64,000 nt of DNA. It comes from the human T2T-CHM13v2.0 reference genome, Homo sapiens. Below, one piece after another: positions 1 to 59,839 of this stretch. The stretch is from the NCBI RefSeq assembly GCF_009914755.1, contig NC_060943.1. One strand, written 5' to 3'. The translations under genes were made by a program, and so were the position numbers. How positions within the stretch are numbered: position 1 is the first letter of the stretch; every line of letters begins with the position of its first letter. Under the pieces are notes generated by a model, which was given only the letters and a program-made list of their open reading frames with translations, did not search any database and was not told the DNA's origin.

Positions 1-273
1 AGACCTGTAGACCCCAGAATAAGAAAAGCAAATATTTGTGTTTAAACCAATGAGATTTTTTGAGGTTGTTTGTTACACAGCATTAGCTGACTATTACGAG
101 TGGGAAAACTGAGAAAAAGGCATGATTTTTTTTTGACATAGCAATTATTTATATTCTGAAATGTGTTAATAAATGATGTATCTTAACAACTAGTAGCATT
201 TTTAAAGTAGAGAAAATAGAGAGAGTGTTTACAGGTGGATTATAATCTCATGTGGAACATTTAGAGAATGTCA

Positions 274-45072
<44,799 letters not shown>

Positions 45073-45149
45073 TTCTGTGGTACGGGTATCCCACGCCAGC
45101 CAGCCCTGGAAGCTCTCTACTGTGCCGTAAGCCAACCACCTTTCCTAGC

Positions 45150-45400
45150 TCAAGAAATCCCATGAGAATTGAAGTATGTATCTTAGGTCAGCTGACTCAT
45201 GAAATTGCTATCAGAAAAGCAAACTGCTTCCCCTCTTTCGCCATCAGACTCATGGTTCTGCTTTTCGTTTATTTGCTGTACCTTTTCTGCCTAGCTATTG
45301 TTGATCACCTTTGGGATGATTGAGTTGGTAAACCCTAACGAGGAAATGCCCTGAAAGTTACATCACATTGTCTGAGGATTAGGAAGTGCCTTTGGGGCCA
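45150..45400 (-). promoter_or_regulatory. ADGRE3: ADGRE3 proximal promoter (non-CpG, myeloid-type)
   Basis: Directly upstream of exon 1. AP-1 TGACTCA at 45193-45199 (ATGAGTCAGC on minus strand, NF-E2/ARE-like), PU.1-like GAAAGAGGGGAAGCAG on minus strand at 45224-45239, further GGAA cores near 45341 and 45382. Function inferred. Confidence 0.55.
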
Positions 45401-45652
45401 AAATAAATCTTAAATAAGCCTGTGGCTTTGAGGTGAGTAAACCAGATTTTAGGGTGTCTGTGTTGGTATCTGAAGTTTCCAGAGGAGTCATTTTAACATA
45501 TCTTTCTCTTCCCCCAGTAGATGATACTTACTGGTTATGATTGCTGAGCCATAAGAAGTTAAGAGTCCCAAAGTCTCATAGAAGGTAATACATTATTTGG
45601 TTATTTGGACCAACCCTAACCAGTCACAGGACTTGGGAGAAAAAGTCTGTAA

Positions 45653-45802
<150 letters not shown>

Positions 45803-46119
45803 TAGGACTACAGGTGCATGCCACCACGCCTGGCTAATTTTTTTTAGTTTTTATTTTTTTTTTTGAAGAGAGACAGGGCCTCGCTTTGTAGCCCAGGCTT
45901 GTCTTGAATTTCTGGGCTCAAGCAATCCTTCTGCCTCAGTCTCCCAGTGTTGAGATTACCGGTGTGAGCCACTGCACCCGGCTCCCCTGCTTAAAACTCT
46001 TCTGAAGCTCTTCATTAGACTTAAAACACCAGACTTCCTACTGAAGCAGTGTTGTTGTCTGGGGTTCATCCTCTCATGCCAAGTAAATCAAGGATGCGGA
46101 TGCACAAGAAGTGAATTTA

Positions 46120-46399
<280 letters not shown>

Positions 46400-46692
46400 C
46401 TAAAAAAAAAAAAAAAAAAGTGAGTTTCAGAGCAGAAGTTTAACAGGCAAGAGAAGAGAAAAAAGAGAAAAGCTCTATCCTGCAGAGAGAGAGGGGCTCC
46501 CAAGTGAGTCTTCTGGTCTCGTGGTGAAATACATGGGGTTTTATAGCCGAGCTTGAGGAGGAGCTGTCTGATTTACACAGGAACCGAGAGATTGGTCGGA
46601 CTGGGTGTGCTGTTTGCATAGCACGCAAAGAAGCTGGCCGCCCCATCCTCATCTTTTACTATGCAGATGGGGTCTCTACCTGGCTGGCACTA

Positions 46693-47049
<357 letters not shown>

Positions 47050-47086
47050 TTATGTTTGTAGCTCGATTTTGCAGACTGCTCTTTGT

Positions 47087-47453
47087 CGTGGTGGTGATGA
47101 TGATGATGGTGATAATAACGGTTGTGGTGGTGATGGTGGTAATCATGGTAGTGGCAGGAGTGATGGTGGAGCTATAGGTGGTGGTGGTGACGATGAAGGA
47201 AGGGATGATGGTGATGATGACGATGGTTGCGATGATGGTGAAGATGATGAAAGTGACGGTGATGGTAGTAGCGATGGTGATGGTTACATTATGGTGATAT
47301 TTTCAGAGATGGTGGTGATGATGGTGATTGAAGGTGACAGCTGCAGTGAAGGTGATTGTTGTGGTGATGGTGACGAAGGCTGTGATAGCAGTGGTGATAA
47401 TGATGGGGTGAAAATAGCAAAGGTGGTGGTTATATTGGTAGTGGAGGTAAAGA
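47087..47453 (+). repeat. GAT/GGT-rich low-complexity block, copy of 48507-48892
   Basis: Shares unique anchors GATAATAACGGTTGTGG, TTTTCAGAGATGG, GAAGGCTGTGATAGCAGTGG, GAAAATAG and GTGGAGGTAAAGA. Confidence 0.9.
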
Positions 47454-47964
47454 CGAAAAGAAATGATTTTGGGGCTGCTTTTTGTTAACAGGGAAGCCTT
47501 ACTGAGGACTCTCTTACCCTCACCAGTTGCCTGAATAATATCTTTTTAGCTCTTGTATCACTAGATACAACAGGAACAAAAAGGAACAAACAAACAGGCA
47601 AACAAACAAAAAAACCACTGCAAGAAAGTAGCCCTGGTGGCAACTGAAGACACGGTCATGGATTAAATCATTTAGGGAGAGATTATAGAGTGGAAAAAGA
47701 ACCCTGAGTAATTCATTTAAAAACTCAGGCAATGTTAATTTGTGCAAAGGCAATAGAAAAAAATTAAAAAAAATAAAGGAATGGAGAGGCAGCTAATAGA
47801 GGAGACAGGACGAGAATGGCCAGAGAGATGAGGGGTGGGGGTGGGAAATGAATGGAGTATGGTATTATGGAGGTAAAGGAAAGAGATCACACTGAATTAA
47901 GACTGAAAGACACCCACAGGAGAGAGCTGCAAGGGGGTTGTTTGTATTCTTAGCATGAACAATT

Positions 47965-48945
47965 ACAGTAGTGAAGGTGGTGGTGGTGGTGATGATGCTG
48001 ATGCTGATGATAGCGGTTGTGGTGGTGGTTGTTATATATAAAGTTTCGGTGACGTGAAAGAAATAGCACTTGAATATAAAATTTTCCTTTTAATTCTCAG
48101 CAAGGCAAGTTACTTCAATATAGAAGGGTGTGCCCTTACAGATGGAACAGTGGCGAGCGCACATTCGGACATGGGAGGGGAAGGGGTTCTTATCCCTGAC
48201 TCAGGTGGCCCCTGCTGCTGTGTCGTTCCCCTATTGGCTAGGATTAGACCGCGCAGGCTAAACTAATGCCGATTGGCTAATTTAAAGAGAATGACGGGGT
48301 GAGTGCTTTGGCGGGAGTCAGGGCAGAGCAGGTAGCAGGTAATCGGAATGAGTTAGGGTGGAGCAGGTGATCAGAATGAGTCAGGGTGGAGTAGGTAATC
48401 GAAAAAGCTGCTTTACGAGGAAGTTAAGTTTAAAAGTAGAAGGCAAAGAATTGAACATACTGACATATTAATTCTTTGAAAATAAATTTAGAACTCATAT
48501 CTAACATGGTGATGATGATGATGATAATAACGGTTGTGGTGGTGATGATGATGGTGATAGAATGGTTGCAGTGGTGATGGTGGTCATCATGGTAGTGGCA
48601 GTAGCGATGGTGGTGGTAGAGGTCGTGGTGGTGATGACGGAAGTGATGATGGTGGTGATGATGATGGTTGCGATGGGGCTGAAGGTGACGAAAGTGACGA
48701 CGGTGGTAGTAGCAATGGTGGTGGTAACATCACAGTGATGTTTTCAGAGATGGTGGTGATGATGGTGATTGATGGTGACAGTTGTAGTGAAGGTGACTGT
48801 TGTGATGGTGATGAAGGCTGTGATAGCAGTGGTGATGAAGATGGGAGTGAAAATAGTGGCGGTGGTGGTTATGTTGATAGTGGAGGTAAAGATGGTGGTG
48901 ATGCCAATAATGGTAGGGAAGGTGGTGGAGGTTGTTGTTATAATG
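47965..48945 (+). repeat. (GGT/GAT)n low-complexity region interrupted by LTR10
   Basis: Seen directly on both sides of the LTR. Confidence 0.85.
48030..48506 (-). mobile_element. LTR10 (LTR10F/LTR10A-like, HERV-IP10) solo LTR
   Basis: Minus strand begins TGTTAGATATGAGTTCTAAATTT..CAAAGAAT.AATATGTCAGTATGTTCAATTC; 4-bp TSD TGGT; 28-bp internal repeats with TGAGTCA; two CCAAT boxes. Confidence 0.85.
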
Positions 48946-49297
48946 GTTCAAGCCAGAATTATGTGGATTGAGGAAAAAGCGCGAGGGGAAGAAGTGGAGA
49001 CAGCAAGTGAAGTCACCTGTAAAGACAGTTGGAGAAAAAAGTATGAGCAAAGCAAGATGATCAAGAGACCTCCCTGGGTGTTTGGAGCATGGTGGAATTA
49101 GCTGGCTATTGGGATTGTCAAGGCCATGAACGTACGTAGTAGGTTTGTTGGGCTCTCAACATCCTACTGTCCCAGCATGCATGCAGTGAGGCTTCCTGAT
49201 CTTTCTCCCTAGTGATCGTCTAGGGGTGGGGTTGTAGAGGCAAGAGTTGATCAAGAGAGACAGGTGGTGCTACCTAATGGTCAGGCCAAAGTGGTTC

Positions 49298-49707
49298 ACA
49301 TAGTTTGGATGTTGTTCCCTCTAACTCTCATCTTGAAATGTAATCCCCAGTGTTGGAGGTGCGGCCTGGTGGGAGGTGATTGGATTATGGGGGTGGATTT
49401 TTGATGGCTGGTTTAGTGCCATTTCCTCGGTGCTGTCCTCATGATAGTGAGTGAGTTCTCATGAGATCTGGTTGTTTAAAAGTGTGTGACTCCTCCCCTC
49501 TTCTCTCTTGCTCCTGCCCTCACCATGAGACACCTACTTTCCCTTCACCTTCTGCTATGATTGGAAGCTTCCCAGGCCTTCCCAGAAACCAAGCAGATGT
49601 CAGCTTCCTGTAAAGCCTGCGGAACCACGGGCCAGTTAAAACACTTCTTTATCAATTACCCAGCCTTGGATATTCCTTTGTAACAATGCAAGAATGGCTT
49701 AACTCAG
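49298..49707 (+). mobile_element. MST (MaLR) LTR
   Basis: TAGTTTGGATG...TGTAATCCCCAGTGTTGGAGGTG..GCCTGGTGGGAGGTGATTGG...AATTACCCAGCC. Confidence 0.75.
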
Positions 49708-50559
49708 TAGTTATGCTATTACAGAATGTTGGCTGCAGAGTCAGAATCCCTGGGTTCAAATCCTGGCTCTGCCACTGATTAGCTGTGTGACTTTGGGAAA
49801 GTTACTCAACCTCTCTTTTCTGCAGGCATCTCTGATCTGGGATAACTGCAATAGTCTCGTAACTCGTTGTCCTTCTGTCCCATCCTCCACCGTGCAGTCA
49901 GGACAGTTTTCTGAAAGATGATTCTGGGCCCATCACACCTCTGCCTCACAACCCTGTGAATATTTCACAGGCTAAATGCACTTACTTAGTAGGTGCATAA
50001 ATCTCACCCCACTCTGGTCCCACTCCACTTCTCCAGCCTCATTTCCTACCCTTCTGCTTCAGCCTTTCCACCTTCCCTGATACATTTTCTGTTTCCCTAA
50101 ACTCCACATTCTATTTGTAGCCTTTCATGCCTTTGTACATGTGATTCTCTCAACCTGGAATGCCCCCCCATTTTTTTTTTTTTTTGAGACAAAGTCTCAC
50201 TCTGTCACCCAGGCTGGAGTACAGTGACATGATCTTGGCTCACTGCAATCTCCGCTCCCCGGGTTCAAGCAATTCTCCTGCCTTAGCCTCCTGAGTAACT
50301 GGGACTATAGGTACCCGCCACCATGCCTGGCTAATTTTTGTATTTTTAGTAGAGATGGAATTTCCTCACGTTGGTCAGGCTGGTCTCAAACTCCTGGTCT
50401 CAAGTGATCTGCCTGCCTTGGCCTCCCAAAGTGCTGGGATTACAGGTGTGACCCACTGTGCCCCACCTGGAATGCCCTTTCTTTTTCTTTCTTGCCACTC
50501 TACTCCTGGCCACGTCCTTCAAGTGGCATTCTTTTGCATGTCCTTCCATGATAAACTCT

Positions 50560-50980
50560 TGTGAAAGGAAAATAAAGTCTCAGGACTCCAATTCAGGAAT
50601 AAAATTAAGCTGAAAGCGGAGTCAAGCAGACAGCTACAGATAAAAGGCCAGATATCTTCACAGGTAGCTACTGTATATTCATTTTATCTTACATAAAGTG
50701 CCGATTTACTGAGCACAAGGTGAATACATCATTGACTAGTCCCCCACCTGCTCCTTTTATCTCTGGCAACACATTGGTTCAGTAATGTGACCAAACTCTC
50801 CCTCTTTCCCCTCCAGTCTGCTTTTCCCCCTTAAATATTGAAGCCCTCAAAATTATCTTTGGAGAAACAAACAGATGATAGTATGTTTTTCTGTGTTCCT
50901 TTCTTCCAGGCATGTTCTTGACCCTAGCAAAATAAGCTTCTAAATTGATTGAGACCTGTCTCAGTTACTTTTGGTTTATA
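50560..50980 (+). mobile_element. MER4-family ERV1 solo LTR
   Basis: Starts TGTGAAAGGAAAATAAA; TSD CTCT at 50556-50559 and 50981-50984. Confidence 0.75.
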
Positions 50981-51212
50981 CTCTCCACTGTGCCCTTCCC
51001 TGCCTCTAAGATAGAGTTAGCTTCTCTCATTTCTCTGTTCATATCCTATTTCATCAAATCTAAAGCATTATTAATTTTAAGGTACACCATTGGCCGGGTG
51101 CGGTGGCTCATGACTGTAATCCCAGCACTTTGGGAGGCTGAGGTGGGCGGATCACTTGAGGCCAGGAGTTTGAGACCAGCCTGGCCAACATGGCGAAACC
51201 CCATCTCTACTA

Positions 51213-51404
<192 letters not shown>

Positions 51405-51930
51405 TTATTTTATGTACCACTACACCTAACCATTAAACTATGATACAATGCTTTATTATTCTTTATAAATTTTTATTTTATTCTTGAATGAGCTATAATA
51501 GATTTATTTAGAAATGAATATTTATCATGCATGGCTCTGTTGCATGCATACAAAAGAAACTAGCAGCGGGAACTAAATTTGTTAAGATGTTCTTGAAGCT
51601 TCTTCATATTCAGAATCTTCTAAATTACTTTCAGCACAGTCATTGGTGCCCATGTTTCAATTTCCATGTTTCTCTATGTCAGTAGTTCTCAAGATGTGGT
51701 CCCCAGATCAGTTGCATCAATATTGTCTGGGAATTTGTTAGAAATGCAGATTCTTGGGCCTGGTGTGGTGGCTTATGCCGGTAGTCCCAGCACTTTGGGA
51801 GGTCAAGGTGGGCAGATCACAAGGTCGAGAGATCGAGACCGTCCTGGCCAACATGGTGAAACCCTGTCTCTACTAAAAATACAAAAATTAGGCAGGAGTG
51901 GTGGTGGGCACCTGTAATCCCAGCTACTCA

Positions 51931-52095
<165 letters not shown>

Positions 52096-52487
52096 TCAGA
52101 AATGTTGAGATAGAGCCCAGTGAGTGTTTTTTAACAGACCTTCCAAGTAATTCTGATACATGCTTAAGTTTGAGAACCCAGCTTTGCATGGTATTGTTCT
52201 CTGGACCATCAGGAGTACTGTGATGTAGGATTTATTCAAAGAACCCATGAGAGAGCCAGAGGCCATTGCTAGTTCTCTGCCATCCTAACATTGCTTAGTG
52301 GGGCACCTGAGAATAAATCAAATGTTTTCCAACTGTGATGACAAATGAGATTATAATTCCTTTTCGTAACCAAATTATTGTGGTATAATATTCCAGGGGC
52401 TTTCTTGCTGGAAATCTAAAAGTGTGTTCTCAGTTATCTCTGAGAGTTTCTCACAGGTTCACCTCATAGATGTCCCTGAATAGCCCT

Positions 52488-52700
52488 TTCCATCCTTCCA
52501 TGCATCCATCCATGCATCCATCCATGCATCTATCCATTTATCCATCCATCCATCCATCATCAATCCATCCATCCATCATGCATCCATGCATCCATCCATC
52601 CATCCACTCACCCAGCCATCTACCTTTCATCCGTTCACTCACCGACCTATTCTTCTTTTCATCCACCAACCCATTTATGCACTCATCCATCCACTTAGTC
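52488..52700. repeat. (TCCA)n/(CATC)n degenerate microsatellite
   Basis: Seen directly. Confidence 0.88.
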
Positions 52701-52720
52701 ACACACTCAACTTTTCATCT

Positions 52721-53631
<911 letters not shown>

Positions 53632-54268
53632 GGTTACTCCTAGAAGAAGAGAACTGAAGAAGGATAGGACAGAGGAAGGAGCTGAACAAGGAGGTAGTCT
53701 TAGCAAGAGTCTAGCCTCAGCCTAATCCCATGGGGAGCTCTGGACTGTGCACCATGGAGTTGATCCATCTTGAGGCAGGGCCCTTATACAAGGCCCTTAT
53801 GTCAATCAATCATTGGCTGTGGCTGCCCTGGGCGTGGGTGCAAGCCAAACCTCACAGGTAAATGAATGAATGCAACCATGAAGAGCAACTGGGTGGAGCT
53901 CCAGGAGCATCAACTGCATTGCTCAAACCTTTATCTGGGTCATGCTCACCCACTGCCTCAAACGTTGCTACACAGAGTATGAATGTCACTTCCTCTTCAT
54001 TTTAAAGTGTTCAAAATAACAATTCTCATTAGCCGTGTTGCAACATCACATGATAAATATGGGGGTGAGCAGCTTCCACATGATTCTTTTTTTCAATTTC
54101 TGTTGTTATTTCTCATTGAAAAAATAAGAATTGTATATATTGATGGGGTACTATGTAATGTGTTGATATATGTATACATGTGGAATGATTTTACCAAGTG
54201 AATTAACACATTCATTACTTCACATACTTATATATTTTGTTGTAGTGAGAATATTAAATAAGTAAATA

Positions 54269-54299
<31 letters not shown>

Positions 54300-54444
54300 T
54301 AGAGACAGGGTCTTGCTCTGTTGCCCAGGTTGGAGTGCAGTGATGTGATCATAGCTCACTGCAGCCTCGAACTCCTGGGATCAAGCGGTCCTCTTGCTCC
54401 AGCCTCCTGAGTAGCTGGGACTACAGGGGCATGCCACCATGCCT

Positions 54445-54483
<39 letters not shown>

Positions 54484-56785
54484 GATGGGGTCTTGCCATG
54501 TTGCCTAGGCTGGTCTCCAACTCCAGAGCTCAAGCCCTCCTCCCACCTCGGCTTCCCAAAGTGCTGGGAATACAGGCATGAGTGACTGCGCCTGGCCAAA
54601 ATGTATTTTTTAAAACAATTTTCAAATATACAATGAATTATTAACTATTGGCACCTTGCTGGGCAATAGATCTTGAAAACTCATTCCTCCTGTTTAACTG
54701 GAACTTCATATTCTTTGGTGCAAGTAATGCTTAATTCTTTTTTTATATTTTGAGACGGAGTCTCACTCTGTCACCCTGGCTGGAGTGCAGTGGTGCGATT
54801 CTCAGCTCACTGCATCCTCTGCCTCCCAGTTTCAAGCGCCTCTCCTGCCTCAGCCTCCTGAGTAGCTGGGATTACAGGTGCCCGCTACCATGCCCAGCTA
54901 ATTTTTGTATTTTTAATAGAGACGGGGTTTCACCATGTTGGCCAGGCTGGTCTCGAACTCCTGACCTCTAGTGATCCACCCACCTCGGCTTCCTAAAGTG
55001 CTGGGATTACAGGTGTGAGCCATCGTGCCTGGCAGTAATGTTTAATTCTCGACAGGCTCAAAGATGATCATGGCAGCCAGCTTGGTAGTCAGGTTGAATT
55101 TATTTAAGTGTCGATCCCTACAGAGAGGATGCTGTTGATCCCTCACCCAGATCCCGTTTTCTGGTTTATTTTCTAGAACTATTTCCATGAGAAATAAAAT
55201 CAAATTTTATTAATGTCAAGAAAGTATTTCTTTGCCCTAAGGAACAAATGGATTGTTCTGTAGGGACTCATCCCCCAGCTGTTGTATATTAGTTGCTATC
55301 AGTCACGGCTGTCTGATATATCAACCTGAAATAATCAAAAGCACCAGATTCCAGTTTTAAAGAGCTTATTCAAGAGAAAATCCATGAACAGCCACTCTGG
55401 GATGCACAAACTCTAGAGAAATGGAGTCAATGCTCTGAAGTTAGAAGCTAAGTTCTTGCTTGTATAGGAAGACAAAGAAATTTAACAGGATTACATTTTC
55501 TATACAAGGCTGGTTTATGAGTTATAACAAATTAATTAGTTGCAGTTTTTTTTCTGTGTGATTTGTTTTCTTTTTGTTGTAGCTGCTTTTCATTTTCTTT
55601 CCAATTTAAAAGTGTGTATTTAACATTCCCTCTAAAGGCAGTGTAATAGCCATGAAGTCCTTATGTGAGAAAGGGAAAAGGGAAGTTATTTTTTACTGAA
55701 AGTCAACAGCAGAGAAGGAAGGGTCTTCCCTGGCTCTTCAACCACCTGTAACATTTTACAAAACAGTGCCAGTAAAGGAAAAGGTTTAATCTGTAATCAG
55801 AGAAACAAAAGCTATGGCTTCCTGGGTTTGAGCTGCCTGTTACGTGACTCGGGCCCTGTAATTCACATTCCTTTAAGGCCCTAAATAATTTAATTGAGTT
55901 CCAACAGCTTAATTTTCTTTTTATTTGGAGATGGATTCTCACTGTCACCCAGGCTGGAGTGCAGTGGTGTGATCATGGCTCACTGAAGCCTTGAACCCCT
56001 GGACTCAAATCGATCCTCCCACCTTAGCCTCCTGAGTAGCTGGGACAACAGGCATATGCCACTATGCCTAATTAAATTTTTTTTTTTTTTTTTGTAGAGA
56101 CAGAGACCTTGGTACGTGGCCCAGGCTGGCCTACAACTCCTGGCCTCAAGTGATCCTCCCACCTAGGCCTCCCAAAATGTCGGTATTACAGGCATGAACC
56201 AACTGTGTCCAGCCCCAATAGCTTAAATTTTGAATGACTAATTTTATGCCTCCTTCAGATAATTGCTGCCTCAGCTGAACAGGAGTTGCTCTGGGAGGTT
56301 ATGATCCCCCACCCTTAGGAGGCATCTTGCAGCCAATGGCTATCCAAGATGGGGGTACAAAATGCCAGCTCCTTTCCTCAAAGTAGAATGGGACCAGTTC
56401 TGTGTCTCATACTCCAGAGCTCCCTATGAGATTAGGTTGAAGCTTGACTCCAGCTGAGCCCACATCTTTGTTCAACTCCTTCCTTTCCTTCCTACCCTGC
56501 TTTCCTTACTCCCTCTCTCCCAAGAGCACCCCAGCAAATCATGAGGACCTACCCTCCTCCCAGGGATTGCGACCTAACCAAATTCCTCCCTTATTTGGTT
56601 ATGTCATCAACACAAAAGAAGAAATAATTCAAGTTTCCTAACACTTTCTGGTTTTATCCTGAGATGAGATTTAAAAATATAATGCTTGATTTACAGTAAG
56701 ACACAAATAAGATCCCCATTATCAATATTACTTTATTGATGATGATGATAATAATGATGATTGAGTCCTATTTCAGAGTGCTTAA

Positions 56786-57034
<249 letters not shown>

Positions 57035-57673
57035 TAAATTTTCCGGGTATGAGGAGTTAAGGCAAATCCTACAGAGATATTAACTTGTTCTTTTTTACAT
57101 CACCTTAAATCTATTATTGTATCTTTATTATTCTGGGACATTCAGGCCCAAAGATACTCATTAAGTCAGTAAGCTAAATTTAGTGACAAGTGCATGAGAA
57201 TTAGAGTTAGGAAGCCTGATCATGATATTTATTCACTCATGCATTTGTGAACCCATCCATCCATCCGACAAACGTTTAAGATATGTGGTCTCTGTGCTCG
57301 GTGATTTCATGTCAGGTTGATTCATTTTACTCAGTGTTTACTTTCTCACATTTAAAATGGGGTTAACAATGGAAAACAGCGTGGCGATTCCTCAAAGACC
57401 TAAAAACAGAAATACTATTTGGCCCAGCAATCTCGTTACTGAGTATCTACCCAAAGAAATATAAATCATTCTATCATAAAGACACATGCGCATGTAAGTT
57501 CGTTGCAGCATTACTCACAATAGCAAAGATGCGGAACTAACCTAAATGCCCATCAATAGCAGGCGATATAAAGAAAATGTACATGCACACCATAGAACAC
57601 TATGCAGATGTAAAAAAGAATCAGCTCATGTTATTTGCAGGGACATGGATGCACTGGAGGCCATTATCCTTAG

Positions 57674-58051
<378 letters not shown>

Positions 58052-58518
58052 TGACAAATAAAAATTGTATATATTTAAGGTGTACAACTTGATGTTTTGA
58101 TATACATACAGTGAAATAATGAAGCAATTAGCACATCCATCGCCTCACATATTTGCTTTTTTTTTTTTGGTGGTAAGAACACGTAAGACCTACCCTCTTA
58201 GCACATTTCAAGTACATAATATGTTCCTGTTAACTACAGTCACCATGCTGTACATTAGATCTCCAAAACTTATTTATCTGAAATAACTGAACCTTTGTAC
58301 ATTTTGTTTTTTAAATGATACATTTCTTTTATTTTTATTTTTAGAGACAGTGTCTTGCTATGTGGCCCAGGCTGGTCATCTGGAACTCCTGGACTCAAGC
58401 GATCCTCCTGCCTTGGCCTCCCAAAGTGTGCTGTGATTACATGCATGAGCCACCCCGCCCGGCCCAACTTCTTTGTAAGAACATTTAGCTTAAAACACAG
58501 ATAAATTGTACTGCATAA

Positions 58519-58839
<321 letters not shown>

Positions 58840-59283
58840 TAAGCCACCGCGCCCGGTCTTTTCATATTTTTAAAACCTTTTTAAATGTGAGTAATGTGTT
58901 GCACTGCAACATTGTGACAGTTACAACATCACTAGGTGATAAGAAATTTTCAGCTCCATTATAACCTTATGGGATCACAACTGTGTATGTGTTTCGTGGT
59001 TGACCAAAACCTTGTTATGTGGTGCATGACTGCACATGTGCTTGATATATAAAGAATACCAGGGAACTAGTGACAGTGGTTGTTTCAGGGGAGGAAAATT
59101 TAGGAATAGAGTGAGCCTCCCGTTTGAACTTTTCCCATAGGTATGTACTATGTATACTACATAATAAATAGTTTTTAAAAAGTCAGATCTATGTCTTAGA
59201 TTCACACATCTTATTTTTAGTGAGAAGGGCAAGCTGTAGAAGAAACAAAAATACATCGTCCTATTTTTAGAATAAAGACAGTT

Positions 59284-59704
59284 AGTTGACCCGTGAACAC
59301 CAAGGGTTTGAACTGTGGCTATCCCCTTATAGGTAGATTTTTTTCTACCTTTGTCCTCCTTGGGACAGCAAGACAAACCCCTCCCTTTCCTCAGCCTACT
59401 CAGGGTGAAGCTGACGATGAAGACGTTTATTTATGATCTTTACGATCACTTCCACGTAACGAAGAGTAAATATATTTTCTCTTCTTCATGATTTTCTTAA
59501 TAACACTTTCTTTTCTCTGAGCTTAGTTTATTTTAAGAATATGGCATATAATATACAAAATATGTGTTAACTAACTTTATGTTATTGGTAAAGCTTCTGG
59601 TTAACAGTAGTCTATTAGTAGGTAGGTTTTGGGGGAGTCAAAAGAAGTGAATTTTCCACTGCACAGGGTGGCGCCCCAACTCCCGTTGCCTAAGGGTCAG
59701 CCGT
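59284..59704 (+). mobile_element. Tigger2a/MER28-like DNA transposon
   Basis: Terminal AGTTGACCCGTGAACACCAAGGGTTTGAACTG with a matching 3' AAGGGTCAGCCGTA. Confidence 0.65.
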
Positions 59705-59839
59705 ATAAAAATATACAAAAACAATCTTAAGTATGGGTATATTTTTGTAGGGGATTGGATTAAGCCCATGGATAAAGGTGGAAGGGGTTGGGGAAAAGGA
59801 AGGAGAAAAGGGTAAGTTAAATATTGAGCATCCCTAAAG

